A stretch of 64,000 nt of DNA, taken from the NCBI RefSeq assembly GCF_009914755.1, contig NC_060948.1. One strand, written 5' to 3'. The position numbers and the translations under genes were made by a program. The stretch is from the human T2T-CHM13v2.0 reference genome, Homo sapiens. The notes beneath the pieces were generated by a model that saw only the letters and a program-made list of their open reading frames with translations, did no database searches and had not been told where the DNA came from. Below are positions 1-13,500 of the stretch, in pieces. Within the stretch, counting starts at the first letter, position 1. The number at the start of each line of letters is the position of its first letter.

Positions 1-304
1 AATGGAATGGAATGCCCTTGAATTAAATGGACTGGAATGGAATGGACTCGAACAGAGTGGAATGGAAAGTGTTGAGATAGAATGGAATGGACTCGTTTGG
101 AATGGTCTAGTATGCAATGCAATGGACTGGCAGGGAATCAAAAGGAATGTAATCGAATGGATTGGACTGGAATGCAATGGACTCGAATAGATTGGAAACG
201 GAATGCAAAGGAATGGAATGGAATAGTATGGAATGGAATGGAAAGGAATGGAGTGGAATAGACTAGAGTGGAATGGAATGGACTCGAAAGCAATGGACTG
301 GAAT

Positions 305-319
305 GGAACTTTCTTGAAT
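305..319. promoter_or_regulatory. Perfect 3-unit heat-shock element gGAActTTCttGAAt (same offset in every unit)
   Basis: Exact match to the HSF consensus nGAAnnTTCnnGAAn. Function here is not shown. Confidence 0.45.
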
Positions 320-2026
320 GGACTGGAATCAAACGGAATGGAATGCAATGCAATCAAATGGCATGGAATAAAATAGAATGAAAGAGAATCAAATGGAATG
401 GAATCGAATGGAATCGAATGGATTGGAAAGGAATAGAATGGAATGGAATGGAATTGATTCAAATGGAATGGACTAGAATGGAATGGATTCGAATGGAAGG
501 CAAAGGAATGGAATCTATTGGAATGGACTGCAATGGAATGGAATGGAAGGGATTGGAATGGACTCGAATGGAATGGACTGCAATAGAAAGGATTCGAATG
601 GCATGAAAAAGAATTGAATGGAATAGAACAGAATGGAATCAAATCGAATGAAATGGAATGGAATAGAAAGGAATGGAATGAAATGGAATGGAAAGGATTC
701 GAATGGAATGCAATCGAATGGAATGGAATCGAACGGAATGGAATAAAATGGAAGCAAACTGGCAAGAAATGGAATCGAAATGAATGGAGTGTTATGGATC
801 GGACTCAAAATGAATTGAATGTAATAGAATGGAGTGGAGTGGACTCGAATATAATGGACTGGAATGGAATGAAATCACATGGAATGGGAACGAATGGAAT
901 GGAATGGAAAGGAATGGAATCGAATGGAAAGGAATCGAATGGAAGGGAATGAAATTGAATCAACAGGAATGGAAGGGAATAGAATAGACGGTAATGGAAT
1001 GGACTCGAATAGAATGGACACGAATGCTCAAATTGAATGGACTCGAATGGAATGGAAACGAAAGGAATGTCATCGAATGGAATGGAATCGATTGGAATGA
1101 AATCGCATAGAATGGAGTGGAATCAAATGGAATTGAATCGAAAGGAAAGGAAGCGAATGGACTGAAATGAAATGGAATGGAATTGAATGGAAAGTAATGC
1201 AATGGAATAGAATGGAACGAAATTTCACGGAATGGAATCAAACTGAATGGAATCAAATCAATGGAATATAATCAAATGGAATGGAAAGGAATTGAATGGA
1301 GTAGATGGGATTGGATGGGATTGGAATGAAATGTACTGGAAAGGACTCGAATTTCATGAAACGGAATGGAATGAACTGGAACGGAATGGACTCGAATGGA
1401 ATGGAATGTCATGGAATGGCATCAAATGGAATGGCATCAAATGGAATGGAATCGAATGCAATGGAATGCTATGGAATGGAATGGAATGCATTGGAATGGA
1501 ATGTCCTCTAATGGAATGGATTCGAGTGGAATGGAATCGAATATAATGGAGTCGAATGAAATGGAATTGAAAGGAATGGGATCGAATACAATGGAATATA
1601 CTGGAATGTAATGTAATGAACTCGAATGTAATTGACTGGAATGGAATGTACATGAATGGAATGTAATCGAATGGAAAGTAATCCAATGGAATAGAATCTA
1701 ATGCAATAAAATCGACTCAGATAGAGTAGAATGTAATGGAATGGAGTGCAGTGCAATGGAATGGAATGGAATGGAATGCAATGGAGTGGAATGGAATGGG
1801 ATGGAATGGTATGGAATGGATAGTAATGGACTGGAGTGAAATGGACTGGAAAGGAATGGACTCAAATTGAAAGGGCTCGAAAGGAATGGAGTCAAATGGA
1901 ATGGTCTGGAATGGAATGAACACGAATGTAATGCAATCCAATAGAATGGAATCGAATGGAATGGAATATAAAGAAATGGAATCGAAGAGAATGGAAACAA
2001 ACGGAATGGAATTGAATGGAATGGAA

Positions 2027-2180
2027 TTGAATGGAATGGGAACGAATGGAGTGAAATTGTATGCAGTAGAAGAGAATAGAATGGAATGCAAGCGAAAGGA
2101 AAGGAATGGATTGGAATGGAATGGAATTCATTGGAATGGAAGGGAATGTAGTGTAATGGACAGGCCTGGAATAAAGTGGA
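2027..2180 (+). other. Classical DYZ1 (Y1.1/Y1.2) male-sexing PCR target, 154 bp, containing EcoRI (2124-2129) and StuI/HaeIII (2162-2167) sites; repeated in each unit
   Basis: TTGAATGGAATGGGAACGAATGG at 2027-2049 and GGACAGGCCTGGAATAAAGTGGA at 2158-2180 (reverse complement TCCACTTTATTCCAGGCCTGTCC) match the primer sequences as I recall them. Confidence 0.8.
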
Positions 2181-2537
2181 ATGCTACGGTCTCAAATGGA
2201 ATAAAAATGTATGGAATGGAATGCAATGAAACAGAATCGAATGTCATAGAATGTAATGGAATGCAAAAAAATGGAATCCAAAATCATTGACTGGAAAGGC
2301 TGGGTGTCGAAAGGAATTGACTCCAATGGAATGGAATCGAATGGAATGGAAGTGAATAGAATCGAACTGAATCGAATGGAATGGAATTGATAGGAACGGA
2401 ATGGAAAGGAATGCAATGATTTGGCATGGAATGGAATCGAATGGCATCGAATGGAATGGAATGGAATGCAATGCAATGGAATGTATTAGAATGTAAAGAA
2501 CTTTAATGGAATGTACTCGAATGGATTCGACTGGAAT

Positions 2538-2552
2538 GGAATGTTCTGGAAG
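2538..2552. promoter_or_regulatory. Perfect 3-unit heat-shock element gGAAtgTTCtgGAAg (in every unit)
   Basis: Exact match to nGAAnnTTCnnGAAn. One GAA of the pentamer lattice is replaced by TTC with the flanks intact. Confidence 0.45.
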
Positions 2553-2812
2553 TGAATGGACTCCAATGGAATGGATTGAAAAGGAATGGAATCGTACGGA
2601 ATGTAATCTAATGGAATGGAATTAAATGGAAATGAATCAAATTGAATAGCACGAAATTGAATTGAATGGAATCGAATGCAATGGAATCTAATGAAATGGA
2701 AAGGAATGGAATGGAATGGAATGGGCTGGAATGGAAAGGAATCGAAACGAATGGAATGGAATCGAACTGAGGAGACTGGAATGGAATACACTTCAATGGA
2801 AGGGAATGTAAT

Positions 2813-2827
2813 GGAAAGTTCTCGAAA
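2813..2827. promoter_or_regulatory. Perfect 3-unit heat-shock element gGAA(a/g)gTTCtcGAAa (in all units except U12)
   Basis: Exact match to nGAAnnTTCnnGAAn. U12 has G>A at 41618 in the first GAA. Confidence 0.45.
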
Positions 2828-3529
2828 AAAATGGAAACGAATGGAATGGAATTGAATGGAACGGAATAGAGTCGAATGGAATTGAATGGAATGGAATGGA
2901 CTAGAGTGAAATGGAATCGAACCACAAGGAATGGACAGGAATAGAATGGTCTCGAATTGAACGGAATCGTATGGAATGGCATCAAACGGAATGGAATGGA
3001 CAGCCACGGAATGGAATGCACTCGAATGCAATGGAGTCGAAACTAATGGACTGGAATAGAATGGACTCGACTGGTACGGACTCCAATGGAATGGAATCGA
3101 ATGGAAGGGAATCGAACGGAATGGACTCGAAGGGAAAAGACTGCAATGGAAAGGTCTCGAATGGAATGGAAATTAATGGAATGGAATGGAATCGAATGAA
3201 ATGGAGTCAAAAGGAATGGAATCGAATGGCAAGAAATCGAATGTAATGGAATCGCAAGGAATTGATGTGAACGGAACGGAATGGAATGGAATCCAAAGAA
3301 ATGGAATAGAATGGAATGGAATCGAATGGAAAGGACTCGAATGGAAATCACTCGAATAGAATGCAATTTAATAAAATAGGATGAAATGTAATGGAATGGA
3401 ATGGAAAGGAATCGAAACGAAAGGAATGGAGACAGATGGAATGGAATGGAACAGAGAGCAATGGTATAGAATGGAATGGAATCATCTGGAATGGAATTGA
3501 ATGGAATGGAATAATATGAAATGGAATGG

Positions 3530-6500
3530 AATGGAATGGAATGCCCTTGAATTAAATGGACTGGAATGGAATGGACTCGAACAGAGTGGAATGGAAAGTG
3601 TTGAGATAGAATGGAATGGACTCCTTTGGAATGGTCTAGTATGCAATGCAATCGACTGGCAGGGAATCAAAAGGAATGTAATCGAATGGATTGGACTGGA
3701 ATGCAATGGACTCGAATAGATTGGAAACGGAATGCAAAGGAATGGAATGGAATAGTATGGAATGGAATGGAAAGGAATGGAGTGGAATAGACTAGAGTGG
3801 AATGGAATGGACTCGAAAGCAATGGACTGGAATGGAACTTTCTTGAATGGACTGGAATCAAACGGAATGGAATGCAATGCAATCAAATGGCATGGAATAA
3901 AATAGAATGAAAGAGAATCAAATGGAATGGAATCGAATGGAATCGAATGGATTGGAAAGGAATAGAATGGAATGGAATGGAATTGATTCAAATGGAATGG
4001 ACTAGAATGGAATGGATTCGAATGGAAGGCAAAGGAATGGAATCTATTGGAATGGACTGCAATGGAATGGAATGGAAGGGATTGGAATGGACTCGAATGG
4101 AATGGACTGCAATAGAAAGGATTCGAATGGCATGAAAAAGAATTGAATGGAATAGAACAGAATGGAATCAAATCGAATGAAATGGAATGGAATAGAAAGG
4201 AATGGAATGAAATGGAATGGAAAGGATTCGAATGGAATGCAATCGAATGGAATGGAATCGAACGGAATGGAATAAAATGGAAGCAAACTGGCAAGAAATG
4301 GAATCGAAATGAATGGAGTGTTATGGATCGGACTCAAAATGAATTGAATGTAATAGAATGGAGTGGAGTGGACTCGAATATAATGGACTGGAATGGAATG
4401 AAATCACATGGAATGGGAACGAATGGAATGGAATGGAAAGGAATGGAATCGAATGGAAAGGAATCGAATGGAAGAGAATGAAATTGAATCAACAGGAATG
4501 GAAGGGAATAGAATAGACGGTAATGGAATGGACTCGAATAGAATGGACACGAATGCTCAAATTGAATGGACTCGAATGGAATGGAAACGAAAGGAATGTC
4601 ATCGAATGGAATGGAATCGATTGGAATGAAATCGCATAGAATGGAGTGGAATCAAATGGAATTGAATCGAAAGGAAAGGAAGCGAATGGACTGAAATGAA
4701 ATGGAATGGAATTGAATGGAAAGTAATGCAATGGAATAGAGTGGAACGAAATTTCACGGAATGGAATCAAACTGAATGGAATCAAATCAATGGAATATAA
4801 TCAAATGGAATGGAAAGGAATTGAATGGAGTAGATGGGATTGGATGGGATTGGAATGAAATGTACTGGAAAGGACTCGAATTTCATGAAACGGAATGGAA
4901 TGAATTGGAACGGAATGGACTCGAATGGAATGGAATGTCATGGAATGGCATCAAAAGGAATGGCATCAAATGGAATGGAATCGAATGCAATGGAATGCTA
5001 TGGAATGGAATGGAATGCATTGGAATGGAATGTCCTCTAATGGAATGGATTCGAGTGGAATGGAATCGAATATAATGGAGTCGAATGAAATGGAATTGAA
5101 AGGAATGGGATCGAATACAATGGAATATACTGGAATGTAATGTAATGAACTCGAATGTAATTGACTGGAATGGAATGTACATGAATGGAATGTAGTCGAA
5201 TGGAAAGTAATCCAATGGAATAGAATCTAATGCAATAAAATCGACTCAGATAGAGTAGAATGTAATGGAATGGAGTGCAGTGCAATGGAATGGAATGGAA
5301 TGCAATGAAATGGAATGGAATGGGATGGAATGGTATGGAATGGATAGTAATGGACTGGAGTGAAATGGACTGGAAAGGAATGGACTCAAATTGAAAGGGC
5401 TCGAAAGGAATGGAGTCAAATGGAATGGTCTGGAATGGAATGAACACGAATGTAATGCAATCCAATAGAATGGAATCGAATGGCATGGAATATAAAGAAA
5501 TGCAATCGAAGAGAATGGAAACAAACGGAATGGAATTGAATGGAATGGAATTGAATGGAATGGGAACGAATGGAGTGAAATTGTATGCAGTAGAAGAGAA
5601 TAGAATGGAATGCAAGCGAAAGGAAAGGAATGGATTGGAATGGAATGGAATTCATTGGAATGGAAGGGAATGTAGTGTAATGGACAGGCCTGGAATAAAG
5701 TGGAATGCTACGGTCTCGAATGGAATAAAAATATATGGAGTGGAATGCAATGAAACGGAATCGAATGTCATAGAATGTAATGGAATGCAAAAAAATGGAA
5801 TCCAAAATCATTGACTGGAAAGGCTGGGTGTCGAAAGGAATTGACTCCAATGGAATGGAATCGAATGGAATGGAAGTGAATAGAATCGAACTAAATCGAA
5901 TGGAATGGAATTGATAGGAACGGAATGGAAAGGAATGCAATGATTTGGCATGGAATGGAATCGAATGGCATCGAATGGAATGGAATGGAATGCAATGGAA
6001 TGGAATGTATTAGAATGTAATGAACTTTAATGGAATGTACTCGAATGGATTCGACTGGAATGGAATGTTCTGGAAGTGAATGGACTCCAATGGAATGGAT
6101 TGAAAAGGAATGGAATCGTACGGAATGGAATCTAATGGAATGGAATTAAATGGAAATGAATCAAATTGAATAGCACGAAATTGAATTGAATGGAATCGAA
6201 TGCAATGGAATCTAATGAAATGGAAAGGAAAGGAATGGAATGGAATGGGCTGGAATGGAAAGGAATCGAAACGAATGGAATGGAATCGAACTGAGGAGAC
6301 TGGAATGGAATACACTTCAATGGAAGGGAATGTAATGGAAGGTTCTCGAAAAAAATGGAAACGAATGGAATGGAATTGAATGGAACGGAATAGAGTCGAA
6401 TGGAATTGAATGGAATGGAATGGACTAGAGTGAAATGGAATCGAACCACAAGGAATGGACAGGAATAGAATGGTCTCGAATTGAACGGAATCGTATGGAA

Positions 6501-7053
6501 TGGCATCAAACGGAATGGAATGGACAGCCACGGAATGGAATGCACTCGAATGCAATGGAGTCGAAACTAATGGACTGGAATAGAATGGACTCGACTGGTA
6601 CGGACTCCAATGGAATGGAATCGAATGGAAGGGAATCGAACGGAATGGACTCGAAGGGAAAAGACTGCAATGGAAAGGTCTCGAATGGAATGGAAATTAA
6701 TGGAATGGAATGGAATCGAATGAAATGGAGTCAAAAGGAATGGAATCGAATGGCAAGAAATCGAATGTAATGGAATCGCAAGGAATTGATGTGAACGGAA
6801 CGGAATGGAATGGAATCCAAAGAAATGGAATAGAATGGAATGGAATCGAATGGAAAGGACTCGAATGGAAATCACTCGAATAGAATGCAATTTAATAAAA
6901 TAGGATGAAATGTAATGGAATGGAATGGAAAGGAATCGAAACGAAAGGAATGGAGACAGATGGAATGGAATGGAACAGAGAGCAATGGTATAGAATGGAA
7001 TGGAATCATCTGGAATGGAATTGAATGGAATGGAATAATATGAAATGGAATGG
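3530..7053 (+). repeat. DYZ1 unit U2 (3524 bp, one pentamer shorter)
   Basis: (GGAAT)3 instead of (GGAAT)4 at 5287-5301. ORF spacing is 3524. Confidence 0.9.
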
Positions 7054-10000
7054 AATGGAATGGAATGCCCTTGAATTAAATGGACTGGAATGGAATGGAC
7101 TCGAACAGAGTGGAATGGAAAGTGTTGAGATAGAATGGAATGGACTCGTTGGGAATGGTCTAGTATGCAATGCAATCGACTGGCAGGGAATCAAAAGGAA
7201 TGTAATCGAATGGATTGGACTGGAATGCAATGGACTCGAATAGATTGGAAACGGAATGCAAAGGAATGGAATGGAATAGTATGGAATGGAATGGAAAGGA
7301 ATGGAGTGGAATAGACTAGAGTGGAATGGAATGGACTCGAAAGCAATGGACTGGAATGGAACTTTCTTGAATGGACTGGAATCAAACGGAATGGAATGCA
7401 ATGCAATCAAATGGCATGGAATAAAATAGAATGAAAGAGAATCAAATGGAATGGAATCGAATGGAATCGAATGGATTGGAAAGGAATAGAATGGAATGGA
7501 ATGGAATTGATTCAAATGGAATGGACTAGATTGGAATGGATTCGAATGGAAGGCAAAGGAATGGAATCTATTGGAATGGACTGCAATGGAATGGAATGGA
7601 AGGGATTGGAATGGACTCGAATGGAATGGACTGCAATAGAAAGGATTCGAATGGCATGAAAAAGAATTGAATGGAATAGAACAGAATGGAATCAAATCGA
7701 ATGAAATGGAATGGAATAGAAAGGAATGGAATGAAATGGAATGGAAAGGATTCGAATGGAATGCAATCGAATGGAATGGAATCGAACGGAATGGAATAAA
7801 ATGGAAGCAAACTGGCAAGAAATGGAATCGAAATGAATGGAGTGTTATGGATCGGACTCAAAATGAATTGAATGTAATAGAATGGAGTGGAGTGGACTAG
7901 AATATAATGGACTGGAATGGAATGAAATCACATGGAATGGGAACGAATGGAATGGAATGGAAAGGAATGGAATCGAATGGAAAGGAATCGAATGGAAGGG
8001 AATGAAATTGAATCAACAGGAATGGAAGGGAATAGAATAGACGGTAATGGAATGGACTCGAATAGAATGGACACGAATGCTCAAATTGAATGGACTCGAA
8101 TGGAATGGAAACGAAAGGAATGTCATCGAATGGAATGGAATCGATTGGAATGAAATCGCATAGAATGGAGTGGAATCAAATGGAATTGAATCGAAAGGAA
8201 AGGAAGCGAATGGACTGAAATGAAATGGAATGGAATTGAATGGAAAGTAATGCAATGGAATAGAGTGGAACGAAATTTCACGGAATGGAATCAAACTGAA
8301 TGGAATCAAATCAATGGAATATAATCAAATGGAATGGAAAGGAATTGAATGGAGTAGATGGGATTGGATGGGATTGGAATGAAATGTACTGGAAAGGACT
8401 CGAATTTCATGAAACGGAATGGAATGAATTGGAACGGAATGGACTCGAATGGAATGGAATGTCATGGAATGGCATCAAAAGGAATGGCATCAAATGGAAT
8501 GGAATCGAATGCAATGGAATGCTATGGAATGGAATGGAATGCATTGGAATGGAATGTCCTCTAATGGAATGGATTCGAGTGGAATGGAATCGAATATAAT
8601 GGAGTCGAATGAAATGGAATTGAAAGGAATGGGATCGAATACAATGGAATATACTGGAATGTAATGTAATGAACTCGAATGTAATTGACTGGAATGGAAT
8701 GTACATGAATGGAATGTAGTCGAATGGAAAGTAATCCAATGGAATAGAATCTAATGCAATAAAATCGACTCAGATAGAGTAGAATGTAATGGAATGGAGT
8801 GCAGTGCAATGGAATGGAATGGAATGCAATGAAATGGAATGGAATGGGATGGAATGGTATGGAATGGATAGTAATGGACTGGAGTGAAATGGACTGGAAA
8901 GGAATGGACTCAAATTGAAAGGGCTCGAAAGGAATGGAGTCAAATGGAATGGTCTGGAATGGAATGAACACGAATGTAATGCAACCCAATAGAATGGAAT
9001 CGAATGGCATGGAATATAAAGAAATGGAATCGAAGAGAATGGAAACAAATGGAATGGAATTGAATGGAATGGAATTGAATGGAATGGGAACGAATGGAGT
9101 GAAATTGTATGCAGTAGAAGAGAATACAATGGAATGCAAGCGAAAGGAAAGGAATGGATTGGAATGGAATGGAATTCATTGGAATGGAAGGGAATGTAGT
9201 GTAATGGACAGGCCTGGAATAAAGTGGAATGCTACGGTCTCGAATGGAATAAAAATGTATGGAATGGAATGCAATGAAACGGAATCGAATGTCATAGAAT
9301 GTAATGGAATGCAAAAAAATGGAATCCAAAATCATTGACTGGAAAGGCTGGGTGTCGAAAGGAATTGACTCCAATGGAATGGAATCGAATGGAATGGAAG
9401 TGAATAGAATCGAACTAAATCGAATGGAATGGAATTGATAGGAACGGAATGGAAAGGAATGCAATGATTTGGCATGGAATGGAATCGAATGGCATCGAAT
9501 GGAATGGAATGGAATGCAATGCAATGGAATGTATTAGAATGTAATGAACTTTAATGGAATGTACTCGAATGGATTCGACTGGAATGGAATGTTCTGGAAG
9601 TGAATGGACTCCAATGGAATGGATTGAAAAGGAATGGAATCGTACGGAATGGAATCTAATGGAATGGAATTAAATGGAAATGAATCAAATTGAATAGCAC
9701 GAAATTGAATTGAATGGAATCGAATGCAATGGAATCTAATGAAATGGAAAGGAAAGGAATGGAATGGAATGGGCTGGAATGGAAAGGAATCGAAACGAAT
9801 GGAATGGAATCGAACTGAGGAGACTGGAATGGAATACACTTCAATGGAAGGGAATGTAATGGAAGGTTCTCGAAAAAAATGGAAACGAATGGAATGGAAT
9901 TGAATGGAACGGAATAGAGTCGAATGGAATTGAATGGAATGGAATGGACTAGAGTGAAATGGAATCGAACCACAAGGAATGGACAGGAATAGAATGGTCT

Positions 10001-10577
10001 CGAATTGAACGGAATCGTATGGAATGGCATCAAACGGAATGGAATGGACAGCCACGGAATGGAATGCACTCGAATGCAATGGAGTCGAAACTAATGGACT
10101 GGAATAGAATGGACTCGACTGGTACGGCCTCCAATGGAATGGAATCGAATGGAAGGGAATCGAACGGAATGGACTCGAAGGGAAAAGACTGCAATGGAAA
10201 GGTCTCGAATGGAATGGAAATTAATGGAATGGAATGGAATCGAATGAAATGGAGTCAAAAGGAATGGAATCGAATGGCAAGAAATCGAATGTAATGGAAT
10301 CGCAAGGAATTGATGTGAACGGAACGGAATGGAATGGAATCCAAAGAAATGGAATAGAATGGAATGGAATCGAATGGAAAGGACTCGAATGGAAATCACT
10401 CGAATAGAATGCAATTTAATAAAATAGGATCAAATGTAATGGAATGGAATGGAAAGGAATCGAAACGAAAGGAATGGAGACAGATGGAATGGAATGGAAC
10501 AGAGAGCAATGGTATAGAATGGAATGGAATCATCTGGAATGGAATTGAATGGAATGGAATAATATGAAATGGAATGG
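7054..10577 (+). repeat. DYZ1 unit U3 (3524 bp; extra HaeIII site at 10126)
   Basis: Same pentamer loss as U2, plus several private SNVs. Confidence 0.9.
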
Positions 10578-13500
10578 AATGGAATGGAATGCCCTTGAAT
10601 TAAATGGACTGGAATGGAATGGACTCGAACAGAGTGGAATGGAAAGTGTTGAGATAGAATGGAATGGACTCGTTTGGAATGGTCTAGTATGCAATGCAAT
10701 GGACTGGCAGGGAATCAAAAGGAATGTAATCGAATGGATTGGACTGGAATGCAATGGACTCGAATAGATTGGAAACGGAATGCAAAGGAATGGAATGGAA
10801 TAGTATGGAATGGAATGGAAAGGAATGGAGTGGAATAGACTAGAGTGGAATGGAATGGACTCGAAAGCAATGGACTGGAATGGAACTTTCTTGAATGGAC
10901 TGGAATCAAACGGAATGGAATGCAATGCAATCAAATGGCATGGAATAAAATAGAATGAAAGAGAATCAAATGGAATGGAATCGAATGGAATCGAATGGAT
11001 TGGAAAGGAATAGAATGGAATGGAATGGAATTGATTCAAATGGAATGGACTAGAATGGAATGGATTCGAATGGAAGGCAAAGGAATGGAATCTATTGGAA
11101 TGGACTGCAATGGAATGGAATGGAAGGGATTGGAATGGACTCGAATGGAATGGACTGCAATAGAAAGGATTCGAATGGCATGAAAAAGAATTGAATGGAA
11201 TAGAACAGAATGGAATCAAATCGAATGAAATGGAATGGAATAGAAAGGAATGGAATGAAATGGAATGGAAAGGATTCGAATGGAATGCAATCGAATGGAA
11301 TGGAATCGAACGGAATGGAATAAAATGGAAGCAAACTGGCAAGAAATGGAATCGAAATGAATGGAGTGTTATGGATCGGACTCAAAATGAATTGAATGTA
11401 ATAGAATGGAGTGGAGTGGACTCGAATATAATGGACTGGAATGGAATGAAATCACATGGAATGGGAACGAATGGAATGGAATGGAAAGGAATGGAATCGA
11501 ATGGAAAGGAATCGAATGGAAGGGAATGAAATTGAATCAACAGGAATGGAAGGGAATAGAATAGACGGTAATGGAATGGACTCGAATAGAATGGACACGA
11601 ATGCTCAAATTGAATGGACTCGAATGGAATGGAAACGAAAGGAATGTCATCGAATGGAATGGAATCGATTGGAATGAAATCGCATAGAATGGAGTGGAAT
11701 CAAATGGAATTGAATCGAAAGGAAAGGAAGCGAATGGACTGAAATGAAATGGAATGGAATTGAATGGAAAGTAATGCAATGGAATAGAATGGAACGAAAT
11801 TTCACGGAATGGAATCAAACTGAATGGAATCAAATCAATGGAATATAATCAAATGGAATGGAAAGGAATTGAATGGAGTAGATGGGATTGGATGGGATTG
11901 GAATGAAATGTACTGGAAAGGACTCGAATTTCATGAAACGGAATGGAATGAACTGGAACGGAATGGACTCGAATGGAATGGAATGTCATGGAATGGCATC
12001 AAATGGAATGGCATCAAATGGAATGGAATCGAATGCAATGGAATGCTATGGAATGGAATGGAATGCATTGGAATGGAATGTCCTCTAATGGAATGGATTC
12101 GAGTGGAATGGAATCGAATATAATGGAGTCGAATGAAATGGAATTGAAAGGAATGGGATCGAATACAATGGAATATACTGGAATGTAATGTAATGAACTC
12201 GAATGTAATTGACTGGAATGGAATGTACATGAATGGAATGTAATCGAATGGAAAGTAATCCAATGGAATAGAATCTAATGCAATAAAATCGACTCAGATA
12301 GAGTAGAATGTAATGGAATGGAGTGCAGTGCAATGGAATGGAATGGAATGGAATGCAATGGAGTGGAATGGAATGGGATGGAATGGTATGGAATGGATAG
12401 TAATGGACTGGAGTGAAATGGACTGGAAAGGAATGGACTCAAATTGAAAGGGCTCGAAAGGAATGGAGTCAAATGGAATGGTCTGGAATGGAATGAACAC
12501 GAATGTAATGCAATCCAATAGAATGGAATCGAATGGAATGGAATATAAAGAAATGGAATCGAAGAGAATGGAAACAAACGGAATGGAATTGAATGGAATG
12601 GAATTGAATGGAATGGGAACGAATGGAGTGAAATTGTATGCAGTAGAAGAGAATAGAATGGAATGCAAGCGAAAGGAAAGGAATGGATTGGAATGGAATG
12701 GAATTCATTGGAATGGAAGGGAATGTAGTGTAATGGACAGGCCTGGAATAAAGTGGAATGCTACGGTCTCAAATGGAATAAAAATGTATGGAATGGAATG
12801 CAATGAAACAGAATCGAATGTCATAGAATGTAATGGAATGCAAAAAAATGGAATCCAAAATCATTGACTGGAAAGGCTGGGTGTCGAAAGGAATTGACTC
12901 CAATGGAATGGAATCGAATGGAATGGAAGTGAATAGAATCGAACTGAATCGAATGGAATGGAATTGATAGGAACGGAATGGAAAGGAATGCAATGATTTG
13001 GCATGGAATGGAATCGAATGGCATCGAATGGAATGGAATGGAATGCAATGCAATGGAATGTATTAGAATGTAAAGAACTTTAATGGAATGTACTCGAATG
13101 GATTCGACTGGAATGGAATGTTCTGGAAGTGAATGGACTCCAATGGAATGGATTGAAAAGGAATGGAATCGTACGGAATGTAATCTAATGGAATGGAATT
13201 AAATGGAAATGAATCAAATTGAATAGCACGAAATTGAATTGAATGGAATCGAATGCAATGGAATCTAATGAAATGGAAAGGAATGGAATGGAATGGAATG
13301 GGCTGGAATGGAAAGGAATCGAAACGAATGGAATGGAATCGAACTGAGGAGACTGGAATGGAATACACTTCAATGGAAGGGAATGTAATGGAAAGTTCTC
13401 GAAAAAAATGGAAACGAATGGAATGGAATTGAATGGAACGGAATAGAGTCGAATGGAATTGAATGGAATGGAATGGACTAGAGTGAAATGGAATCGAACC

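Larger units (their letters stand above)
1..3529 (+). repeat. DYZ1 unit U1 (3529 bp; phase set arbitrarily at window start)
   Basis: The landmark aatgcccttgaattaaa at 11 recurs at 3540. Shares a distinctive variant set with U4. Confidence 0.9.

Noticed and set aside
1301-1325. G-rich patch gatgggattggatgggattgg as a G-quadruplex
   Set aside because: It has only two GGG tracts. It is a local 10-bp duplication and does not meet the four-G3-tract pattern.
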